DNA of 64,000 nt, from contig OY761144.1 in the NCBI GenBank assembly GCA_963664365.1, positions 425,596-489,595 of the forward strand. The letters are read 5' to 3'. Of the stretch, positions 61,917 through 64,000 are shown in pieces; positions within the stretch are counted from its first letter, which is position 1, and each line of letters begins with the position of its first letter. The notes beneath the pieces are model-generated. The model had not been told where the DNA came from and ran no database searches. It worked only from the letters and a program-made list of their open reading frames with translations. The stretch comes from Dehalococcoidia bacterium. GTDB lineage: Bacteria > Chloroflexota > Dehalococcoidia > Lucifugimonadales > UBA1123. Both the position numbers and the translations under genes were made by a program.

Positions 61917-64000
61917 ATGGCTACTGAAACAATGCAGGCGTCGCGCACGGCGTATGGACATAGGGATATAGAGCCCAAGTGGGGAGAGCGATGGGAGCGC
62001 GACGGCGTATATACCGTCAGCGACGACGACCCGCGTCCCAAGTGGTACGAGCTTCACATGTACCCGTATCCGTCCGGCGACCTCCACATCGGCCATTGGT
62101 TCGCGATGTCCGGGGCCGACGCCCACGCCCGGTTCATGAGGATGAAGGGCTTCAACGTCCTGCATCCGATGGGCTTCGACGCGTTTGGGCTGAACGCCGA
62201 GAACGCCGCCATAAAGAGCGGCGTCCATCCCTATCGCTGGACGATGTCCAACATCGAGAACATGAGGCGACAACTCAGGTCCATGGGCGCGATGTACGAC
62301 TGGGACCGCGAGGTCGTCACCTGCACGCCGGACTACTACCGGTGGAACCAGTGGCTGTTCCTCCAGCTCTACAACAACGGGCTGGCGTACAGGGACGGCG
62401 CGCCGGTCAACTGGTGTCCGTCCTGCCAGACCGTGCTCGCCAACGAGCAGGTCATAAACGGGCAGTGCGAGCGCTGCGACTCTCCCGTGATCCAGCGGGA
62501 GATGGAGCAGTGGTTCTTCAGCATCACCAAGTATGCGGACGAGCTGCTCGACCACTCAAAGATAGACTGGCCTGAGCGAATCAACCTGATGCAGACGAAT
62601 TGGATCGGCAGGTCCGAGGGCGTCGAGGTGGGATTCGATATCTCCGAGTACGGCCTGGATCAGGACTCCATAGACACGTTCACCACTCGAATCGACACCG
62701 TGTTCGGCGTGACCTTCATCGTGCTCGCTCCCGAGCATCCGCTGGTCGCCAAGCTGACGACAGACGAGCAGCGGGAAGCGGTCGAGGAATATGTAGAACA
62801 GGCCCGACGCCAGACCGAGATCGAGCGGCTGTCCACAGAGAAAGAGAAGACGGGCGTCTTTACGGGCGCGTACGCGGTAAACAGCCTTAACGGCGAGCGT
62901 GTCCCGATACTGGTCGCCGACTACGTGCTGCTCAGCTACGGAACCGGTATGGTCATGGGTGTGCCCGCCCACGACCAGCGCGACTTCGAGTTCGCCAAGA
63001 AGTACGATCTGCCGATCCGAGTTGTCATCGCTCCCCCCGACTGGGACGGCAGCGAGCTTGAGGAGGCATTCATCGGAGAAGGTACTCAGGTCAACTCGGG
63101 CGAGTTCGACGGTCTGCCCAGTTCGGAGGGCATGGAGAGGATAGCCGATCACGTCGAGGAGCGCGGACTGGGAGGCCGCGCGGTCAACTACAAGATGCGC
63201 GACTGGCTGATCAGCAGGCAGAGGTACTGGGGGACGCCGATTCCGATAGTCTTTTGCGACGACTGCGGCGAGGTGGCGGTCCCGGAGTCCTACCTGCCCG
63301 TGCTGCTGCCGGACGATGCCGAGTTCCTGCCGACGGGCGATTCTCCTCTCGCGCTGCACCAGGAGTTCGTGAATACGACCTGCCCCGACTGCGGCGGCCC
63401 CGCCAAGCGGGAGACTGACACGATGGATACGTTCGTGGACTCGTCGTGGTACTTCCTGAGGTACGCCAGTCCTACTTACCACGACGGGCCTTTCGACCCG
63501 GTTGCCGCCATGGAGTGGAACCCCGTCGATCAGTACACGGGCGGCGTGGAGCACGCCGTCATGCATCTGCTGTACGCGCGGTTCTTCGTCAAGGCGATGC
63601 GCGACCTCGGCCTGCTGGACTTCGACGAGCCGTTCGTCCGTCTGGTGAACCAGGGCACCATCGTGTTCAACAGCCAGAAGATGAGCAAGTCTAGGGGCAA
63701 CGTGATCGCCCCGGACGACTACGTCGAAGACGTCGGCGCGGACGTGGTCCGCACGTACCTTATGTTCATGGGACCCTGGGAGCAGGGGGGAGACTGGAAC
63801 GACAACGGCATCAACGGCATGGCGCGCTGGACGAACAGGGTGTGGGAACTGTGCCAGAGAGACGCGGACGAGTTGGGCGAAAGCTCAGACGAGGCTGCGG
63901 TCGGCAATCTGCGCCGCGCGCTGCACAAGACAATCCGCAAAGTGTCGGAGGACATGGAGCGGTTCAAGTTCAACACCGGCATCGCGGCCATGATGGAGTT
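61917..64000 (+). CDS. leuS: Leucine--tRNA ligase (3' end beyond the window)
   Basis: ATG after AAAGGAAGG. PYPSGDLHIGHWF (HIGH) and QKMSKSRGN (KMSKS). The frame is open to the window end, which is why it is absent from the ORF track. Confidence 0.9.
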   Translation, partial: MATETMQASRTAYGHRDIEPKWGERWERDGVYTVSDDDPRPKWYELHMYPYPSGDLHIGHWFAMSGADAHARFMRMKGFNVLHPMGFDAFGLNAENAAIKSGVHPYRWTMSNIENMRRQLRSMGAMYDWDREVVTCTPDYYRWNQWLFLQLYNNGLAYRDGAPVNWCPSCQTVLANEQVINGQCERCDSPVIQREMEQWFFSITKYADELLDHSKIDWPERINLMQTNWIGRSEGVEVGFDISEYGLDQDSIDTFTTRIDTVFGVTFIVLAPEHPLVAKLTTDEQREAVEEYVEQARRQTEIERLSTEKEKTGVFTGAYAVNSLNGERVPILVADYVLLSYGTGMVMGVPAHDQRDFEFAKKYDLPIRVVIAPPDWDGSELEEAFIGEGTQVNSGEFDGLPSSEGMERIADHVEERGLGGRAVNYKMRDWLISRQRYWGTPIPIVFCDDCGEVAVPESYLPVLLPDDAEFLPTGDSPLALHQEFVNTTCPDCGGPAKRETDTMDTFVDSSWYFLRYASPTYHDGPFDPVAAMEWNPVDQYTGGVEHAVMHLLYARFFVKAMRDLGLLDFDEPFVRLVNQGTIVFNSQKMSKSRGNVIAPDDYVEDVGADVVRTYLMFMGPWEQGGDWNDNGINGMARWTNRVWELCQRDADELGESSDEAAVGNLRRALHKTIRKVSEDMERFKFNTGIAAMME

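Overview
This is a GC-rich bacterial chromosomal segment. By eye the GC content is about 60 percent; I did not compute it. T-box leaders, TTGACA-type promoters, lipoprotein tethers of the PGETVVVEKEV type and very abundant modular intergenic repeats suggest a Chloroflexota-like organism, but that is inference only.

The backbone is housekeeping and metabolism. It contains:
- an Fe3+/polyamine-type ABC importer;
- a coxMSL-like molybdenum hydroxylase;
- DapA-like, enolase-superfamily, Zn-ADH and SDR genes;
- a thrC-like/NIL/CysO-like trio;
- pntAA-pntAB-pntB;
- a Trp T-box-controlled trpS-trpE-trpG-trpD operon;
- an NHL-repeat gene plus a halogenase-like gene;
- tRNA-Ile, rny, a PHP phosphoesterase, plsY and aspS;
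- an AT-richer peptide ABC operon with no ATPase genes;
- nuoE/nuoF-like genes plus a catalytically degenerate FdhA/NuoG-like gene plus fpr;
- mutS;
- a Leu T-box followed by leuS, truncated at the window end.

Accessory material is interspersed:
- toxin-antitoxin genes (two HicB-like genes with no HicA, and one RelE/ParE-HigA pair);
- an IS110-family element inserted in a repeat;
- TIR-bearing MITEs, one with a clean 8-bp target duplication next to tRNA-Ile;
- several palindromic repeat families.

The most unusual items are:
1. A three-copy cassette that looks derived from a phage packaging module. A TerS-like gene stays intact, has its own promoter and carries heptamer DNA arrays, while the adjacent TerL gene has decayed by independent deletions.
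2. An AT-rich two-gene cassette made of an OST-HTH-like protein and an unknown protein (19565-21261).
3. A sulfur-carrier-like ubiquitin-fold protein ending in GGGA next to a retropepsin-like protease.
4. A halogenase-like flavoenzyme with a possible C-terminal peptide-recognition domain and no canonical start codon.

All functional calls come from motif recognition by eye. No database search was run.
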